This document shows positions 9,011-21,289 of a stretch of DNA of 64,000 bases, piece after piece. The first letter of the stretch is position 1. Each line of letters begins with the position of its first letter. The translations under genes and the position numbers were made by a program. Below the pieces are notes generated by a model. The model saw nothing but the letters and a program-made list of their open reading frames with translations, ran no database searches and had not been told where the DNA came from. The stretch comes from Planctomycetota bacterium. Lineage in GTDB: Bacteria; Planctomycetota; GCA-002687715; DRQF01. The stretch spans positions 25,866 to 89,865 of the forward strand of contig JAZGFI010000147.1 in NCBI GenBank assembly GCA_036479435.1. Reading direction: 5' to 3'.

Positions 9011-11215
9011 TTATTTGTAGCCGTTCAAAGCACCCGGCGCCAACTTCAGCGTGATCTCGGTGACCAGGCCGCGGCGGCTTCTGGTCTTGTGCGTCCAAAT
9101 GCAGGAGAGCATGTCGAAGCTTTTGTTCTTTGCGATCTTTTTTCCGCCCTCTTTTTGGACCGGGGCTCGGCTGATCTCGAACTTTGTCACGCCGGCGAGT
9201 TTGGAGTTGGTCGTTTGACTCTTGGCTCTAATCGACACCGGAGCGATACCCGAGCGCTTGTTGCGAAAGATGTAGCGATTCGGAACGATGATCTTCTTTT
9301 TGGTCTGAGGATCTTTGTAGCGCCAGCCCTTTTTATAGCTCACAAACCAAGTGCCGGGCTCAAGCATGGGTTCGAGGATCGGGACGTCGGTGTGAAGGAT
9401 GCCAATCAAGACAGAGTGGGCGACTTCATCGTCGCCGTCGCTGGCGCTCTTCAGAGCCTTCTCGGTGCTGATTTCATCCATGCGCCGGTTGGCGATCAAG
9501 ATCGATCGCGCCGCGCCGGGAACACTGTACTCCTCGTTCCAATCGAACTTTTCGATCGCGGTGTAACGCTTGGGATCGGTGTCGATCTGGGGGCGGGGGA
9601 GTTCTTTGGCTTTCTCGGACCTCAGCAGTTTGTAGTCCTGTAGACGCGCTTCGAGTTGGCCACCATCGCTGAGTTTCGTGAGGACTTCTTGGCCTGGCGT
9701 AGCACTCCGGGCGCGTCGAAAGCCGATCATCTTTGAGCGTCGGTAGGGGTCAGCCTGAAAGCGCATGACGGCGCTGGCCAAAAGACTGCGGCTGTCGCAA
9801 TGGCCGCCGCGCACGACGTGCTTGTCGCTGTCGAAGACGTCTCTCGTGACCCTCTTGTTTTTACTGAACTTGATGGTCTTAAAAGTTGGGCGCGCGACGA
9901 AGGGACTAGATGTCATTTCCGCGGCGTTACCGACGATGTGCATGATGCCCAAAGGTGAAGCACCGCTGGGAAGGGCGCTCACGTCGATGACCGCGGGCAG
10001 TTCAAGATTCTTGGGAACCTTCACGCCGAGCCGCACTGCGAGGTCGTGGGCCATCGCGTCATTAACGAGGTGCTTTTGGTATCCCGACTTTTGGAAGGGC
10101 CAAAACCGGCCGTCGAACCCGGTTTCGCTCGAACGTGCGGCAACTTCCCACTCGTCTTCGGTGGGGACGTGCGTGTTTGTCCATCGGCAGTAGTCAACCA
10201 TGTCCTCGTAACGTAGCCAAGTGATGGGGCGGTTGTCCCATCCGCTGGGCACGTCGCCGTTGGGCCAGATCGTGGAGAATTCCTTTTTGCCGATCTTTCG
10301 ATTCATTGAGTACTGCTGCGGCCAACCATCGGGGTCGCGTTCGGTTTGCGTGCAGAAGTACCAGAACGCGCGATGCGTGACCTCACAACGGTCGATGAGG
10401 AAAGTCGCTAACGTCGTCTTGGTCGTGTCCGATCCGTAGGCGAGCATGAAGTTGTGCTCGGGCTTTTCTTGTTCCGCCTCCGACAAAGAATTGATGTCGT
10501 CGGGGGTCAAGCCCAAATACGCATCCACGGCGCCGGGGACGACGGCCATGTTGCGAGGAATGTTGCCGCGGATACCGGACGTGAGCGAAGCGACCCGATC
10601 GCGCTTTTCGCGGACGAGCTTGTCGTAGCTCTCTTGTTCTTTAGTGACTTTCTGGGCGAGCCTGCTGTGCTTTTTCAAAGTCTTCCACGCGACTTTGAAA
10701 TCTTTGCCGAAGGCCGCGGCGTAGGCATCGTTGATCGTGCGGGCGCAACGCGTGACGGTGGGGTCCATCTTTTCTTCCATGAGCCCTGCGATGCCCTCGA
10801 CGAGATGCCGCTTGGAAGCGAGGGAAAAAGCCTGATCGAGCCCAAAAGCCCTGCGCAGGTCAATCCCGAACTCATCGAGGATGTCTTCCGGTGTTTTCAC
10901 CGGAGTGTCCAATCCGCAATGACCCTTCAAGAGCTTGGACAAAGCGGCGCCTGCTTTTGCTTGGCGATCGGCGTCGAAGGCGCGAGCGTGGTGGCGCTTC
11001 ATCGTCGACTGTTTTTGCTCGAGGTCTTTTTGGAAGCCCTTGAGTTTCTTCATGCAGGAGACGGCTTTTCGCTCGAGCTTCGCGACTTCCTTGCGGACCT
11101 TAAGCGTCTCGGCGGCGCCAATTTGCGCCTGGGTTTCCGTCGCTATTGCGGCAACAAACAGCCCGAGCATCAAAGCCCAAGTTTTTAGGCTGAACCCCAA
11201 GGTTCGTGTGTTCAT
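9011..11215 (-). CDS. Exported protein with coiled-coil N-terminus and SUMF1/FGE-sulfatase-fold domain
   Basis: Signal peptide; FLIDRCEVT, PTEDEWEVAAR, GNAAEMT, VVRGG, IGFRRAR motifs; start taken at MNTRTLG. Confidence 0.8.
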   Translation of the reverse strand: MNTRTLGFSLKTWALMLGLFVAAIATETQAQIGAAETLKVRKEVAKLERKAVSCMKKLKGFQKDLEQKQSTMKRHHARAFDADRQAKAGAALSKLLKGHCGLDTPVKTPEDILDEFGIDLRRAFGLDQAFSLASKRHLVEGIAGLMEEKMDPTVTRCARTINDAYAAAFGKDFKVAWKTLKKHSRLAQKVTKEQESYDKLVREKRDRVASLTSGIRGNIPRNMAVVPGAVDAYLGLTPDDINSLSEAEQEKPEHNFMLAYGSDTTKTTLATFLIDRCEVTHRAFWYFCTQTERDPDGWPQQYSMNRKIGKKEFSTIWPNGDVPSGWDNRPITWLRYEDMVDYCRWTNTHVPTEDEWEVAARSSETGFDGRFWPFQKSGYQKHLVNDAMAHDLAVRLGVKVPKNLELPAVIDVSALPSGASPLGIMHIVGNAAEMTSSPFVARPTFKTIKFSKNKRVTRDVFDSDKHVVRGGHCDSRSLLASAVMRFQADPYRRSKMIGFRRARSATPGQEVLTKLSDGGQLEARLQDYKLLRSEKAKELPRPQIDTDPKRYTAIEKFDWNEEYSVPGAARSILIANRRMDEISTEKALKSASDGDDEVAHSVLIGILHTDVPILEPMLEPGTWFVSYKKGWRYKDPQTKKKIIVPNRYIFRNKRSGIAPVSIRAKSQTTNSKLAGVTKFEISRAPVQKEGGKKIAKNKSFDMLSCIWTHKTRSRRGLVTEITLKLAPGALNGYK

Positions 11216-11910
11216 CTTTGATTCCGAAGGTGCATCGAAAGTGCGAGTCATTGACTGATTGCCCCATCGGCCGTCCCGAATTGCGGACGGCCCTTTTCCT
11301 TTGCGAAAAGTCACTGGCGATCGAACCGCTTCAACCGTCGTTATTTACCAGTACCCGGTGTCGCTATCGCCTTTGCGACCTGCGAGACCAGCTATTGGTA
11401 CGGACTTTCGTCCGAAACGAGAGTCATTCCCCGCTGGGGATTTCCTCTCGCTGCGTCTTCTCCTCAAAGGGACCGGAACGGTGTGAACCGGGGATCAGTC
11501 GCATGTGGCCCGCCAGGCCTGTTCTGAACCCGGCTCGGATGGGATCAGAAGAAAAGGGGAAAAACACCTGACGGGTGGCGCGTAGTTTATCAGTTGCCGA
11601 GGGACCCTCCCAGGCTCTCAGACGGACGTAAAGGCAACTTCGTTACGCCAATTGGCGCGCAAGGCCATTCAGACTGCTCAGCGGACCCTACCCGAATGAA
11701 GTGTTGATTCTTGAGGATAAAGAGAAAGTTAAGTCGGTTTGTCCGATTAGGATTGGCGAGAACCCGCAGATTCTGCCTTTTCTGCGATTTGACTGTTGTA
11801 ACCGTGTATTTTATCTCACCCTCGCTGCTTGCTTGGTCGAAGTATAAAGGTGCTGCAGCGCCTTGTTTAGAGCCGCCTCGCCCAAGAGGTCACGGTGGAG
11901 AGCGAGGCGG

Positions 11911-12933
11911 ATGAGGAACGCAATGATGGTGCAATCGGAATTGGATGGAGCGGAAGACGGCCCGCGAGTCCTTAGTGTCGAAGCGGATCGAGCCGGACAG
12001 CGCCTCGATGTCTTCGTCAATGAGTTGGCCGGGTGGCACAGCCGTGGCCGCATCAAAGACCAAATCAAGCTGGGCGGCATCACCGTCAACGGTAAGGTCA
12101 CCAAACCTTCGCACCGAGTGCGTGAGGGAGACTTGGTTCAAATCTGCGCCGAACCCAATCCCGACGACTCTGAACTCATCCCCGAGAATATTCCTCTCGA
12201 GATCATCTTCGAGGATACGTCCATAGCGGTCTTGAACAAAGCGCCCTTCATCGTCGTTCATCCAGGGGCTGGGCATCAAACCGGCACTTTGGCTAACGCC
12301 CTCGCACACCACCTAAAAGAACTGTCGGATGTGAGCGGGCCGCAGCGTCCGGGCATCGTTCATCGCTTGGATCGCGACACGAGCGGCGTCATGTGCGTGG
12401 CGAAAACCAACCGCGCGCACTACGCCATCACCACGCAGTTTCAGGAGCGAACGGTCGAGAAAACCTACTACGCTTTGGTCGACGGGGTCATGGAATTCGA
12501 TGAGTACAAAGTCGATGAACCCATCGGCCGTCATCCCGCCCAACCGACAAAAATGGCGATCACGCCGAAGGGGCGACAGGCCTTCACGAAGTTCATGGTG
12601 TTGGAACGATTCGACGGTTTCACCTATGTTCGCTGCCATCCAAGAACGGGGCGAACTCACCAAATCCGGGTCCATCTGGCTCATTTGGGGCATCCGGTAA
12701 TTTGCGACAAGCAATACGGTCGCCGGCAACGTATGGACTATGGGGACGTCGCGCATCTTGCGCCGGGACACCCCGAGAACCGAAAGCTGTTGGCGCGGCA
12801 GGCTCTGCACGCGGCGACATTAACGTTGAATCACCCCCTGAAAGGGGAACGCATGACCTTTGAAGCTCCGCTGACCGATGATTTTCAATCGGTCTTGGAC
12901 GCCCTGCGCGAGACACGGCGGGCGCGGCCTTGA
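11911..12933 (+). CDS. rluD: RluA/RluD family pseudouridine synthase with S4 domain
   Basis: GQRLDVF (S4), RPGIVHRLDRDTSG, TGRTHQIRVH, QALHA. Confidence 0.9.
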   Translation: MRNAMMVQSELDGAEDGPRVLSVEADRAGQRLDVFVNELAGWHSRGRIKDQIKLGGITVNGKVTKPSHRVREGDLVQICAEPNPDDSELIPENIPLEIIFEDTSIAVLNKAPFIVVHPGAGHQTGTLANALAHHLKELSDVSGPQRPGIVHRLDRDTSGVMCVAKTNRAHYAITTQFQERTVEKTYYALVDGVMEFDEYKVDEPIGRHPAQPTKMAITPKGRQAFTKFMVLERFDGFTYVRCHPRTGRTHQIRVHLAHLGHPVICDKQYGRRQRMDYGDVAHLAPGHPENRKLLARQALHAATLTLNHPLKGERMTFEAPLTDDFQSVLDALRETRRARP

Positions 12934-13013
12934 TCTGATCGACTTTAGATCGAGACTCGCGAGGAGACTCAAAAAATAAAGCCGCAAATCTGCGGCAACA
13001 AAAGGAGGCTCTC

Positions 13014-15050
13014 ATGGGAGCGGCAGACAAGCTACTGTCCTTGGTCCGTGAAGGATTCGATCGCAAGGCCTACCAGGATCTCAACTGGTCCGGCAGTTTT
13101 CGCGACTACCTCGCGAAAGTCCATGAGCAGCCCCTGATCGCTCGCAACGCCTTTCAGCGCGTCTACGACATGATCGTCTCGCAGGGCTTCGATGAGTACA
13201 CCGAACACAAAGTACAAAAGGTCCGTTACCGGTTCTTCTCAGATCTCCACGGCGACGGTCGCGATGCGATCTTCGGTCTAGATGCCTCGGCCATGCGGCT
13301 CGTCGATGTCCTGAAGTCGGCGGCCTTTGGATACGGTGCTGAGAACCGCGTCATCTTGCTGCACGGGCCGGTCGGATCGGCAAAGTCGACGCTAGTTCGT
13401 CTGATGAAAAAAGGTCTCGAGGAATACTCGAAAGCCGATGAGGGTGCGCTCTACACCTACTCCTGGAACATGCCAGGCAGCGAGGAGCCAGTTCCCTCGC
13501 CGATGAACGAAGATCCCTTGAAGCTCATTCCCGAGCCCGCGCGTCTGAAAGTCATGGCCGAGCTCAACGAGCGTTGTGACCGCGAATATGATTTGCGCTG
13601 CGAAGGAGACCTCAATCCCTTCTGTCGCCGCAACGTCGAAGAGCTGATGCAAAAGTACGACGGCGATTGGGAACGCATCCTCGGCCACGTCGTCATTCAC
13701 CGGCTGGTGATCTCAGAAAAAGACCGCCGCGGTATCGGCACCTTCCAACCCAAAGACGAAAAAAACCAAGACAGCACCGAACTCACCGGCGACATCAACT
13801 ACCGCAAACTCGCCGAGTACGGCTCTGACTCTGACCCACGGGCCTTTAACTTCGACGGCGAGTTCAACGTCGCGAACCGCGGCATCATCGAATTCATCGA
13901 GGTCCTAAAACTCGACGTCGCCTTCCTCTACGATCTGCTCGGTGCCTCGCAGGAACACTCGATCAAGCCGAAGAAGTTTTCGCAGACTCACATCGACGAG
14001 GTCATCATCGGGCATACCAACGAGCCCGAGTACAAAAAGCTCCAGAGCAACGAACTCATGGAGGCTTTCCGCGATCGCACGATCAAGATCGACGTGCCCT
14101 ACAACCGCACTTTGCGCAACGAGATCAAGATCTACGAAAAGAGCTTCAACGCTGAGACGGTCAGTAAACACATCGCGCCGCACACCATCGAAATGGCGGC
14201 CCTATGGGCGATCTTGACGCGTCTGGAAGAACCCAAGCGTCCAAAACTGACCTTGATGCAAAAGGTGAAGCTTTACAACGGCAAGACTCTGCCCGGCTAC
14301 ACCGATGACACCATCAAAGAGCTCAAAGACGAAGCCGATCGCGAGGGGATGGAGGGGATTTCTCCGCGCTACATCCAAGACAAAATCTCCAACGCGCTCG
14401 TACGCTCCGATGCCAAGCACATCAACCCCTTCATGGTGATGAACGAGCTTGAAGTGGGGCTCTCTAGCCACTCGCTCTTAAACGACGAAGAAACGCGCAA
14501 GCGTTACCGCGAGCTCTTGACCTACGTTCGTCAAGAGTACGAGGACATCGTTAAGAACGAGGTCCAGCGTGCGATCTCTGCCGACGAAGAGGCGATCTCG
14601 CGTTTGTGCCACAACTACCTCGACAATATCCGGGCCTTCATTCAGCACGAAAAGATCCGCAACACTTACACCGGTGAATCCGAAGAGCCCGATGAACGGC
14701 TCATGCGCTCCATCGAGGAGAAAATTGACATTCCCGAAAGCCGAAAAGATGCTTTCCGTGGCGAGATCATGAACTACATCGGTGCGCTTGCGGTTGAAAA
14801 CAAACCTTTTGACTACCGCACCAACGAGCGCCTCCACAAAGCGCTCGAGCTCAAGCTCTTTGAAGATCAAAAGGACTCGATCAAACTCACATCTTTGGTC
14901 TCCAACGTCGTCGACAAGGGCACCCAAGCCAAGATCGAAGTCGTCAAGCAGCGCTTGATCGACAACTTCGGCTACGACGAAGAAAGCGCCACCGATGTGC
15001 TGCAGTACGTCGCCTCGATCTTTGCTCGCGGCGACGTGAAGGAGTCTTAG
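13014..15050 (+). CDS. prkA: PrkA/YeaG family AAA+ serine protein kinase
   Basis: [58 protein letters not shown]. Confidence 0.93.
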   Translation: MGAADKLLSLVREGFDRKAYQDLNWSGSFRDYLAKVHEQPLIARNAFQRVYDMIVSQGFDEYTEHKVQKVRYRFFSDLHGDGRDAIFGLDASAMRLVDVLKSAAFGYGAENRVILLHGPVGSAKSTLVRLMKKGLEEYSKADEGALYTYSWNMPGSEEPVPSPMNEDPLKLIPEPARLKVMAELNERCDREYDLRCEGDLNPFCRRNVEELMQKYDGDWERILGHVVIHRLVISEKDRRGIGTFQPKDEKNQDSTELTGDINYRKLAEYGSDSDPRAFNFDGEFNVANRGIIEFIEVLKLDVAFLYDLLGASQEHSIKPKKFSQTHIDEVIIGHTNEPEYKKLQSNELMEAFRDRTIKIDVPYNRTLRNEIKIYEKSFNAETVSKHIAPHTIEMAALWAILTRLEEPKRPKLTLMQKVKLYNGKTLPGYTDDTIKELKDEADREGMEGISPRYIQDKISNALVRSDAKHINPFMVMNELEVGLSSHSLLNDEETRKRYRELLTYVRQEYEDIVKNEVQRAISADEEAISRLCHNYLDNIRAFIQHEKIRNTYTGESEEPDERLMRSIEEKIDIPESRKDAFRGEIMNYIGALAVENKPFDYRTNERLHKALELKLFEDQKDSIKLTSLVSNVVDKGTQAKIEVVKQRLIDNFGYDEESATDVLQYVASIFARGDVKES

Positions 15051-15054
15051 ACCC

Positions 15055-16164
15055 ATGGTGCGCCGGATTGAGCAGGATCACTTTCGATTTCGAGAGATTG
15101 TGCGCGGCAAAATCAAGAGTGGCCTGAAGAAGTACATCTCGCAGGGCGAGCTCATCGGCCGCATCGGGAAAAAGACTGTCTCGATCCCCATCCCGCAGAT
15201 CGAGCTGCCGCGTTTTAGATTCGATCAAGGCAAAAAAGACGGCGTCGGCTCGGGCTCTGGCGAACCCGGCGATCCTGTCGATGGCGAACCTCAAGAAGGC
15301 GAAGGAACCGGCGAAGCGGGGGAGGGCGAAGGGCAACACGTCTTAGAGGTCGACGTCGACCTCGATGATTTGGCCAAAATCCTCGGCGAAGAGCTCGAAC
15401 TTCCCAACATTCAACCGCGCGGCGCGGCCGAAGTCGAAAGCAGTCACTCCCGCTACACCGGGATTCGCCAGGTCGGCCCCGAATCCCTGCGCCACGCCAA
15501 GCGCACCTACAAAAACGCCTTAAAGCGCCAAATGACATCCGGCGGCTACGACCCCGATGACCCGCGCATCATTCCCATCCGCGAAGACCGCGTCTATCGC
15601 GCCCAAAAGCAAAAACAGGAACCGCAATACAACGCCGCCATCATCTACATGATGGACGTGTCGGGCTCGATGGGCTCTGAACAAAAAGAGATCGTGCGCA
15701 TCGAGGCCTTTTGGATCGATTTGTGGTTGCGCCACCAATACAAAAACATCGAAACCGTCTACCTCGTTCACGACGCCGCGGCCAAAGAAGTCGACCAACA
15801 TACCTTTTTCCATTTGCGCGAAAGCGGGGGCACCAAGATCTCTTCGGCCTATGAACTCTGCCAGCAGATCATCGAAGAGCGCTTTGGCAACGACATGTGG
15901 AACGTCTATCCCTTCCACTTTTCAGACGGCGACAACTGGTCCGGCAAAGACACCACGCATTGCGTGAACCTGCTCAAAGAAAAGCTCCTCCCGCGTTCGA
16001 ACATGTTCTGCTACGGGCAGGTTAAATCCGCCTACGGCAGCGGGCAGTTCAAGCGCGATCTCGATCAGCACTTCGGCCAAGACGAGCGCGTCATCACTTC
16101 CGGCATCCCCGACCGCGACGGCATCCTCAATTCGATCAAGGACTTTTTGGGGAAGGGCAAATGA
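15055..16164 (+). CDS. YeaH/YhbH (DUF444) vWA-domain protein
   Basis: [13 protein letters not shown] motif, [19 protein letters not shown]; downstream of prkA. Confidence 0.92.
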   Translation: MVRRIEQDHFRFREIVRGKIKSGLKKYISQGELIGRIGKKTVSIPIPQIELPRFRFDQGKKDGVGSGSGEPGDPVDGEPQEGEGTGEAGEGEGQHVLEVDVDLDDLAKILGEELELPNIQPRGAAEVESSHSRYTGIRQVGPESLRHAKRTYKNALKRQMTSGGYDPDDPRIIPIREDRVYRAQKQKQEPQYNAAIIYMMDVSGSMGSEQKEIVRIEAFWIDLWLRHQYKNIETVYLVHDAAAKEVDQHTFFHLRESGGTKISSAYELCQQIIEERFGNDMWNVYPFHFSDGDNWSGKDTTHCVNLLKEKLLPRSNMFCYGQVKSAYGSGQFKRDLDQHFGQDERVITSGIPDRDGILNSIKDFLGKGK

Positions 16165-17639
16165 GACTCACCCCCGAATTAGCGCGCTGGCAAGAAGTCA
16201 TCGAGCAACACGCCAAAGAGTACGGCCTGGACGGCTACGAGACTATCTTCGAGCTTTTGTCCTACGACGAATTGAACGAAGTCGCCTCCTTCGGCGGTTT
16301 TCCCACCCGCTATCCTCATTGGCGTTTCGGTATGCAGTACGAGCAGCTCTCCAAGGGCTATGAGTTCGGCTTATCCAAGATCTACGAGCTCGTCATCAAC
16401 AACGACCCCTGCTACGCCTACTTGATGACGTCCAATCCGCTCGTCGATCAAAAGCTCGTCATGTCCCACGTCTACGGGCACAACGACTTCTTCAAAAACA
16501 ACGCCTGGTTCGCGCCCACCAATCGCAAGATGATGGACGAGATGGCAAACCACGCCACCAAAGTGCGTCGCCTCGTCGACCGCATCGGCTTAGAAAAAGT
16601 CGAAGAGTTCATCGACACCGCGCTGTCGCTCGAGAACCTCATCGACCGCATGAGCCCTTACCGCGGTAGCACGCGCTCGGTTCCCAACAAAAACGAGCCT
16701 GCGTCCACCGATCCCCACCGCCTACCCAGCAAAGACTACATGGAGAGTTTCATCAACCCTCCCGAGGTCATGGAACAAGAACGCGCGCGTCGCGAGCAAG
16801 CCGAGGAAGAAAAACAAAAACAGTCTATGCCGCGCCCCGAGCGCGACATCCTCAGCTACCTCATTGAGAACGCCCCTCTACAATCCTGGCAGGTCGAGAT
16901 CCTCGAGATCGTCCGCTCCGAGGCCTACTACTTCAGCCCCCAAGGCATGACCAAGATCATGAACGAGGGCTGGGCGAGTTATTGGCATCAAAAGATCATG
17001 ACCAAAAAAGTCCTCCAGGACGACGAGGTCATCGACTACGCCGACACCATGGCCGGCGTCATCTCGGCCAGTGGGGCCGCACTCAACCCCTACCAGATCG
17101 GCCTCGCCCTTTACCACGACATCGAAGAACGTTGGAACACCGGCCGCCACGGCCTCGACTTCGACAACTGCAGCGACCTTAAGACCAAGGCCGCCTGGAA
17201 CACCAAAGCCAACGCCGGCCGCGAAAAAATCTTCGAAGTGCGCCGTCACCACAACGACATCACCTTCATCGACGAGTTCCTCACCGAAGACTTCTGCCAC
17301 CGACACAAGCTCTTCACTTACGGCTGGAATCCCCAAACCCAACAACGCGAGATCACCACCCGCGACTTCCCCGCCGTCAAAGAGGGCCTCCTCCGTCAAC
17401 TCACCAACGCCGGCGACCCCGTCATCGAGGTCGTCGACGCCAACTTCAACAACCGCGGCGAACTCGTCCTCCGCCACCGCTTCGAAGACAGCGAACTCGA
17501 AGCCCCCTTCGCCAAAGCCACCCTCACCAACGTCCAGTCCATCTGGAACCGTCCCGTCCTCTTAGAAACCGTCATCGACGACCGCCCCGTCCGCTACCGA
17601 GCCGAAGAAGGCCGCATCGAACTCGAAAACATCGATTAG
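16161..17639 (+). CDS. spoVR: SpoVR family protein
   Basis: [50 protein letters not shown]. Confidence 0.93.
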   Translation: MRLTPELARWQEVIEQHAKEYGLDGYETIFELLSYDELNEVASFGGFPTRYPHWRFGMQYEQLSKGYEFGLSKIYELVINNDPCYAYLMTSNPLVDQKLVMSHVYGHNDFFKNNAWFAPTNRKMMDEMANHATKVRRLVDRIGLEKVEEFIDTALSLENLIDRMSPYRGSTRSVPNKNEPASTDPHRLPSKDYMESFINPPEVMEQERARREQAEEEKQKQSMPRPERDILSYLIENAPLQSWQVEILEIVRSEAYYFSPQGMTKIMNEGWASYWHQKIMTKKVLQDDEVIDYADTMAGVISASGAALNPYQIGLALYHDIEERWNTGRHGLDFDNCSDLKTKAAWNTKANAGREKIFEVRRHHNDITFIDEFLTEDFCHRHKLFTYGWNPQTQQREITTRDFPAVKEGLLRQLTNAGDPVIEVVDANFNNRGELVLRHRFEDSELEAPFAKATLTNVQSIWNRPVLLETVIDDRPVRYRAEEGRIELENID

Positions 17640-17727
17640 CCGCCATTCTGTTGTTCTCGCGAAGTTCGTCCCGGATCATCAATCGCTATTGTGAGTCGAT
17701 TGAGATGGCCGAACTCTGCGCAGCGAT

Positions 17728-20190
17728 CTAGAGCGGAGGATTCCCGCCCATCTTGCGGAACAGTTCTCTCATCGGTTCAATGTGGGGGTGGTCAGGTCCC
17801 AATTTTTGTACAAGGCCATTGAGTGCATGCTCTTGGAGTTCTTGAGCGCGTTTCGATTCGCCAAGTTCCCAGAGCACAGCGGCTAGATTGCTCTCAGAAT
17901 AGAGAATGTCGGGGTGATTTGAAGGGAGGATGCGGCGTCTGCCATTCAGGGACTGTTCGCAGAGCGACTTCGCGCATCTCAGATGATCTTGATCGGAAAG
18001 CGTTGCGGCGAGATTGCTTATCGAAGTCAAGGTGTCTGGGTCATCTGCGCCAAGTACCTGGCGACGGATCTTCAGGACTTTTCTTTGAAGTTCCTGTGCC
18101 TTGTCCAGGGATCCCAACAATCGAAACAATGCGGCGGCATTGTATATTAGCCTGAGTTCCTCACGTTTCGTTTTTCCCTTTATTGCAGGCAGTACTTCCA
18201 GGGCCAATTCGAGGGTCTCAAGGGCTTTTTTGCTGGCTCCCAGGTCCATTTGAACGACGAGTAGACTGTTTAGTGTCGCCAATGTGTGTAGATGGCAATC
18301 ACCGAGTCTGCAACGCCGGATGGACAAGATCTCTTCGTGAGTCCTCTTCGCTCCTTCAAAGTCTCCCATTAGCCGAAAAAAGTCAGCTTGGTTGTGTCTC
18401 GCTGTTAGAGTGACATCGTGTTCCGCGCCGTGAAGTGTGCGAGTCGCGGCCACCAATTTTTCATGGATCGTCTTTGCGCTCTTGAGACTTCCAGCTTCGC
18501 TTGCCTGCCGTCCAATCCAAGACAGAACCAGGATCTCTTCATCGGTCGAAGCAGCTTTGGCTAGGTGTCGCGCATGCTCGAATTCATCGCCAATCTCATC
18601 GTGTTTTCGGCCGTCTTCGACGACCCGGAGTTCCTCGCCGAGAACCCCAAGAGCGGCGTCCCGAAAGGCGGCCGTCTTGCCTTTTTCCGAGTCGCGGAAT
18701 CTCACGGCTCGAGAAATAAGAGAGTGTACCGACCAAGACTTAGCACTCGCCTTTCGGGCGAGGCTTAGATCTGAGGCGTTCACTATCCCGCGGTCCCCAT
18801 CTTTGTCGATCAATCCATCGATGCAAGCGAAAACGGACCTCACAAACTTGATCGGAATGGGATGCTCGCCCAAAACTGAGGCGAGTCTAAGGAAGTTGCG
18901 ACCCTGCTCATTCAATCGCTCGACGGATTCGAAAAGCAAGTTCGTTACATTGGCTACCTGTGCATGTGGCATGTCGTCCGAGAATTCAGCCGCGAAATCG
19001 AGAGCGTCTTCATGAGGTTGAGCCAAATCAGCTCGAACCTCCTCGGGAGATTTTCCGGAGAATTTCATCCACGCACCCACAACCTCGCAAGCAAGAGCGT
19101 GACGACCAAGGTCATCAAGGAGCGCCACGGCAGCAGGCTCTTGGGTTTTGGCAATCTCAACATGCGCGCATAGTAGTGTCATGGCGTCGAAGCGGCTCAG
19201 AGATTCGAGGGGGATTTCCTTTTTGCCTACAGCGTGCCGCTGGCTTTTCGTTGTGAATAGGGTCCCGCAGAGCGAGTTGGGACCAAGCCAAGCGTTCAGT
19301 TCAATCCTGGAAAGGCCTCCTGGCAAGTCATCGACGACCCACAGGCATGGTGCACCCTTCGAGTGGATTTTCTCGCTCAGCGCGGCGAGAATTCGATCGG
19401 TAGTTAGATTCCGGACATCGATGCCTTGCTGTTCTGCGAGTCTCCTAAGCTGAACGCTCCTGATGGCTTCTTGCTCGTCAGAGTCAGGGGAACCCGTTGC
19501 TTTGAGCCAAAAGACTCCGCCAGGATACGCGCTTCCAAAGCGTAAAGCGTATTCCTCAGCAAGAAGTGTTTTTCCTACCCCTCCAAATCCGGAAATAAGC
19601 GCGACGTTTCCTGGCTTTCCATGGCTGCCGACAGTGTCGCGCGCTTTCAATAGTGAGTGAATTCCCCACATCTCATTCAGGCGGCCGACGAATCGTGGCC
19701 ATTCTGTTGTCCGTTCTGGGTACCACTCTGGCGGTCCAAGTTTTTGGAGTTCTCCGAATGTCTTTTGGATGCTGCTGATATGCCCAGCAACGTCATCCGC
19801 TGCTTTGAGATGGTCATTATCTGACTCTCCGTCCAGCGATTTGTAGATGTTGTCGCGAAGAACGGAAGGTATGTGGTGATGGCTCGAACACGGATTGATG
19901 ACGAGTACCCGGTTCTTTGCTCCGCCTTCGCATTCAATTTCGGCGGCGAGATAAGCGCTTGTCAGCTCCCACTGACAGATTCGGCTCTTGACGTAATTCT
20001 CTGAATAGAACGCCATAAGGGTCTTGGCGTGGCGAAGCCCAAATTCAATTGAGCGAGTGATACTCTCAAAAGTGTCGATTTCTTTACGGTCGAGCCAAAC
20101 GGTGAGGCCTCTTGTTTGAAGGGCTCCAGCCAACCGAAGCGCGTTCTTTGAATCCGCCCACGGGTAGCTAAAGAACACATCATATAGCAT
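17728..20190 (-). CDS. TIR - P-loop NTPase (NB-ARC/STAND-like) - TPR protein
   Basis: YDVFFSY..VWLD..YVKSRICQWEL (TIR); GFGGVGKT Walker A; LWVVDD Walker B; LGRHALA (GxP-like); C-terminal TPRs of LGADDPDTL/HPDIL type; start taken at MLYDVF. Confidence 0.88.
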   Translation of the reverse strand: MLYDVFFSYPWADSKNALRLAGALQTRGLTVWLDRKEIDTFESITRSIEFGLRHAKTLMAFYSENYVKSRICQWELTSAYLAAEIECEGGAKNRVLVINPCSSHHHIPSVLRDNIYKSLDGESDNDHLKAADDVAGHISSIQKTFGELQKLGPPEWYPERTTEWPRFVGRLNEMWGIHSLLKARDTVGSHGKPGNVALISGFGGVGKTLLAEEYALRFGSAYPGGVFWLKATGSPDSDEQEAIRSVQLRRLAEQQGIDVRNLTTDRILAALSEKIHSKGAPCLWVVDDLPGGLSRIELNAWLGPNSLCGTLFTTKSQRHAVGKKEIPLESLSRFDAMTLLCAHVEIAKTQEPAAVALLDDLGRHALACEVVGAWMKFSGKSPEEVRADLAQPHEDALDFAAEFSDDMPHAQVANVTNLLFESVERLNEQGRNFLRLASVLGEHPIPIKFVRSVFACIDGLIDKDGDRGIVNASDLSLARKASAKSWSVHSLISRAVRFRDSEKGKTAAFRDAALGVLGEELRVVEDGRKHDEIGDEFEHARHLAKAASTDEEILVLSWIGRQASEAGSLKSAKTIHEKLVAATRTLHGAEHDVTLTARHNQADFFRLMGDFEGAKRTHEEILSIRRCRLGDCHLHTLATLNSLLVVQMDLGASKKALETLELALEVLPAIKGKTKREELRLIYNAAALFRLLGSLDKAQELQRKVLKIRRQVLGADDPDTLTSISNLAATLSDQDHLRCAKSLCEQSLNGRRRILPSNHPDILYSESNLAAVLWELGESKRAQELQEHALNGLVQKLGPDHPHIEPMRELFRKMGGNPPL

Positions 20191-20747
20191 TGGGAACAGC
20201 TCCGCGCATTCGAGGACTATTGGAACATTGGTGCGTTGAATCGCTGATAGACTCGCGACGAAAGCCGACCGTGGCTGCCACCAAATCATTGGGCAATACC
20301 GCCTTCAAACTCCCAATCGTTCGCTGGCGACGCCGTTTTGGATTCTAACAAGCCGGTCGGTCGTGATCCGACATTGTCGTCCGTGGATCGAAAAGTGGCG
20401 ACGAACCTTGGGCACGAATTCAGATGTGCGATCAGCGATCTTTGTTCTCGAGATCGATCGACAAGTACACCGATTCTCTCCTGTAATTTGGGGAATTGGG
20501 TGGGTTAACTTTGGCGTACCGCTTCCAGACGGATGCGCAAGTATCTTGAGCACGAGGTTCTGTTTCGGTTTGCGCGTGGATTCTGCGTCACCAGCACTTT
20601 TGAGTTATCGACCTTGAGCCAGCGCTTGGCTCGTGCATCAGTTTTGAGAAGGTGCTGGCGCGCCACTTGGCAATTGGAACGTGTCCCACCCACCGAGTTG
20701 TGGCCACGAAGATCGGCCGCACCCGGCGCTATGCCAATCGCGGCTAT

Positions 20748-20879
20748 CTAGTCGAGCACGTCGGCATTTCGTCGAACCAAGCGTGGCTTCCCTACTTGTC
20801 GAGCGCCTCGGACCTTAAGGGGTTTGCGTCGTTCCTTGGTCGCCCAATTCTTGAGATATGTCTCCGCCTCTCTCCTCAT
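20748..20879 (-). pseudogene. N-terminal remnant of an AAA_14/DUF4143-type ATPase
   Basis: MRREAETYLKNWATKERRKPLKVRGARQVGKP matches the family N-terminus (RKPLxxRGARQVGKT) but stops shortly after. Confidence 0.65.
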
Positions 20880-21289
20880 CCCAATTCTCGCAGCGTGACA
20901 AATATGGGGGTGATTGCGGCCCCATTTGCGCCAAATGCAAGGGTAAGGTCGCCATGAATCCGACAAAACCAAGGGTCACTGTCCCAATCCTCGGACCCGT
21001 CGATTCTCATTAAGGGCCAATCTGGCTGCTGCGAACCATCAAACTCGGGCCTACTCCGGATTGCCCACCAAGACCCAACCCGCCCAATCCTTCGGGCCGT
21101 AGACCGCTTTGCCGGCCCGAGGATTCTTCTCGTTCCGCAGTTGTGACTTGGCATGCCACAAGGCCTCATGTTTGCTCATGCCACGTCGCCAACTCCACGG
21201 TGATTTATCCTTGTAAATGCGGAATCGATTCCGCATTTGCGAGGATAATGACCGATCGAATGAACACCGACACCCTTCACAAGCTGGGG

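Noticed and set aside
13014..17639. prkA-yeaH-spoVR as a novel system
   Set aside because: A well-known, widely conserved three-gene unit.
17655..17722. Imperfect hairpin between spoVR and the TIR gene as an attachment site
   Set aside because: No matching partner found at the other islet boundary; most simply a terminator-like structure.
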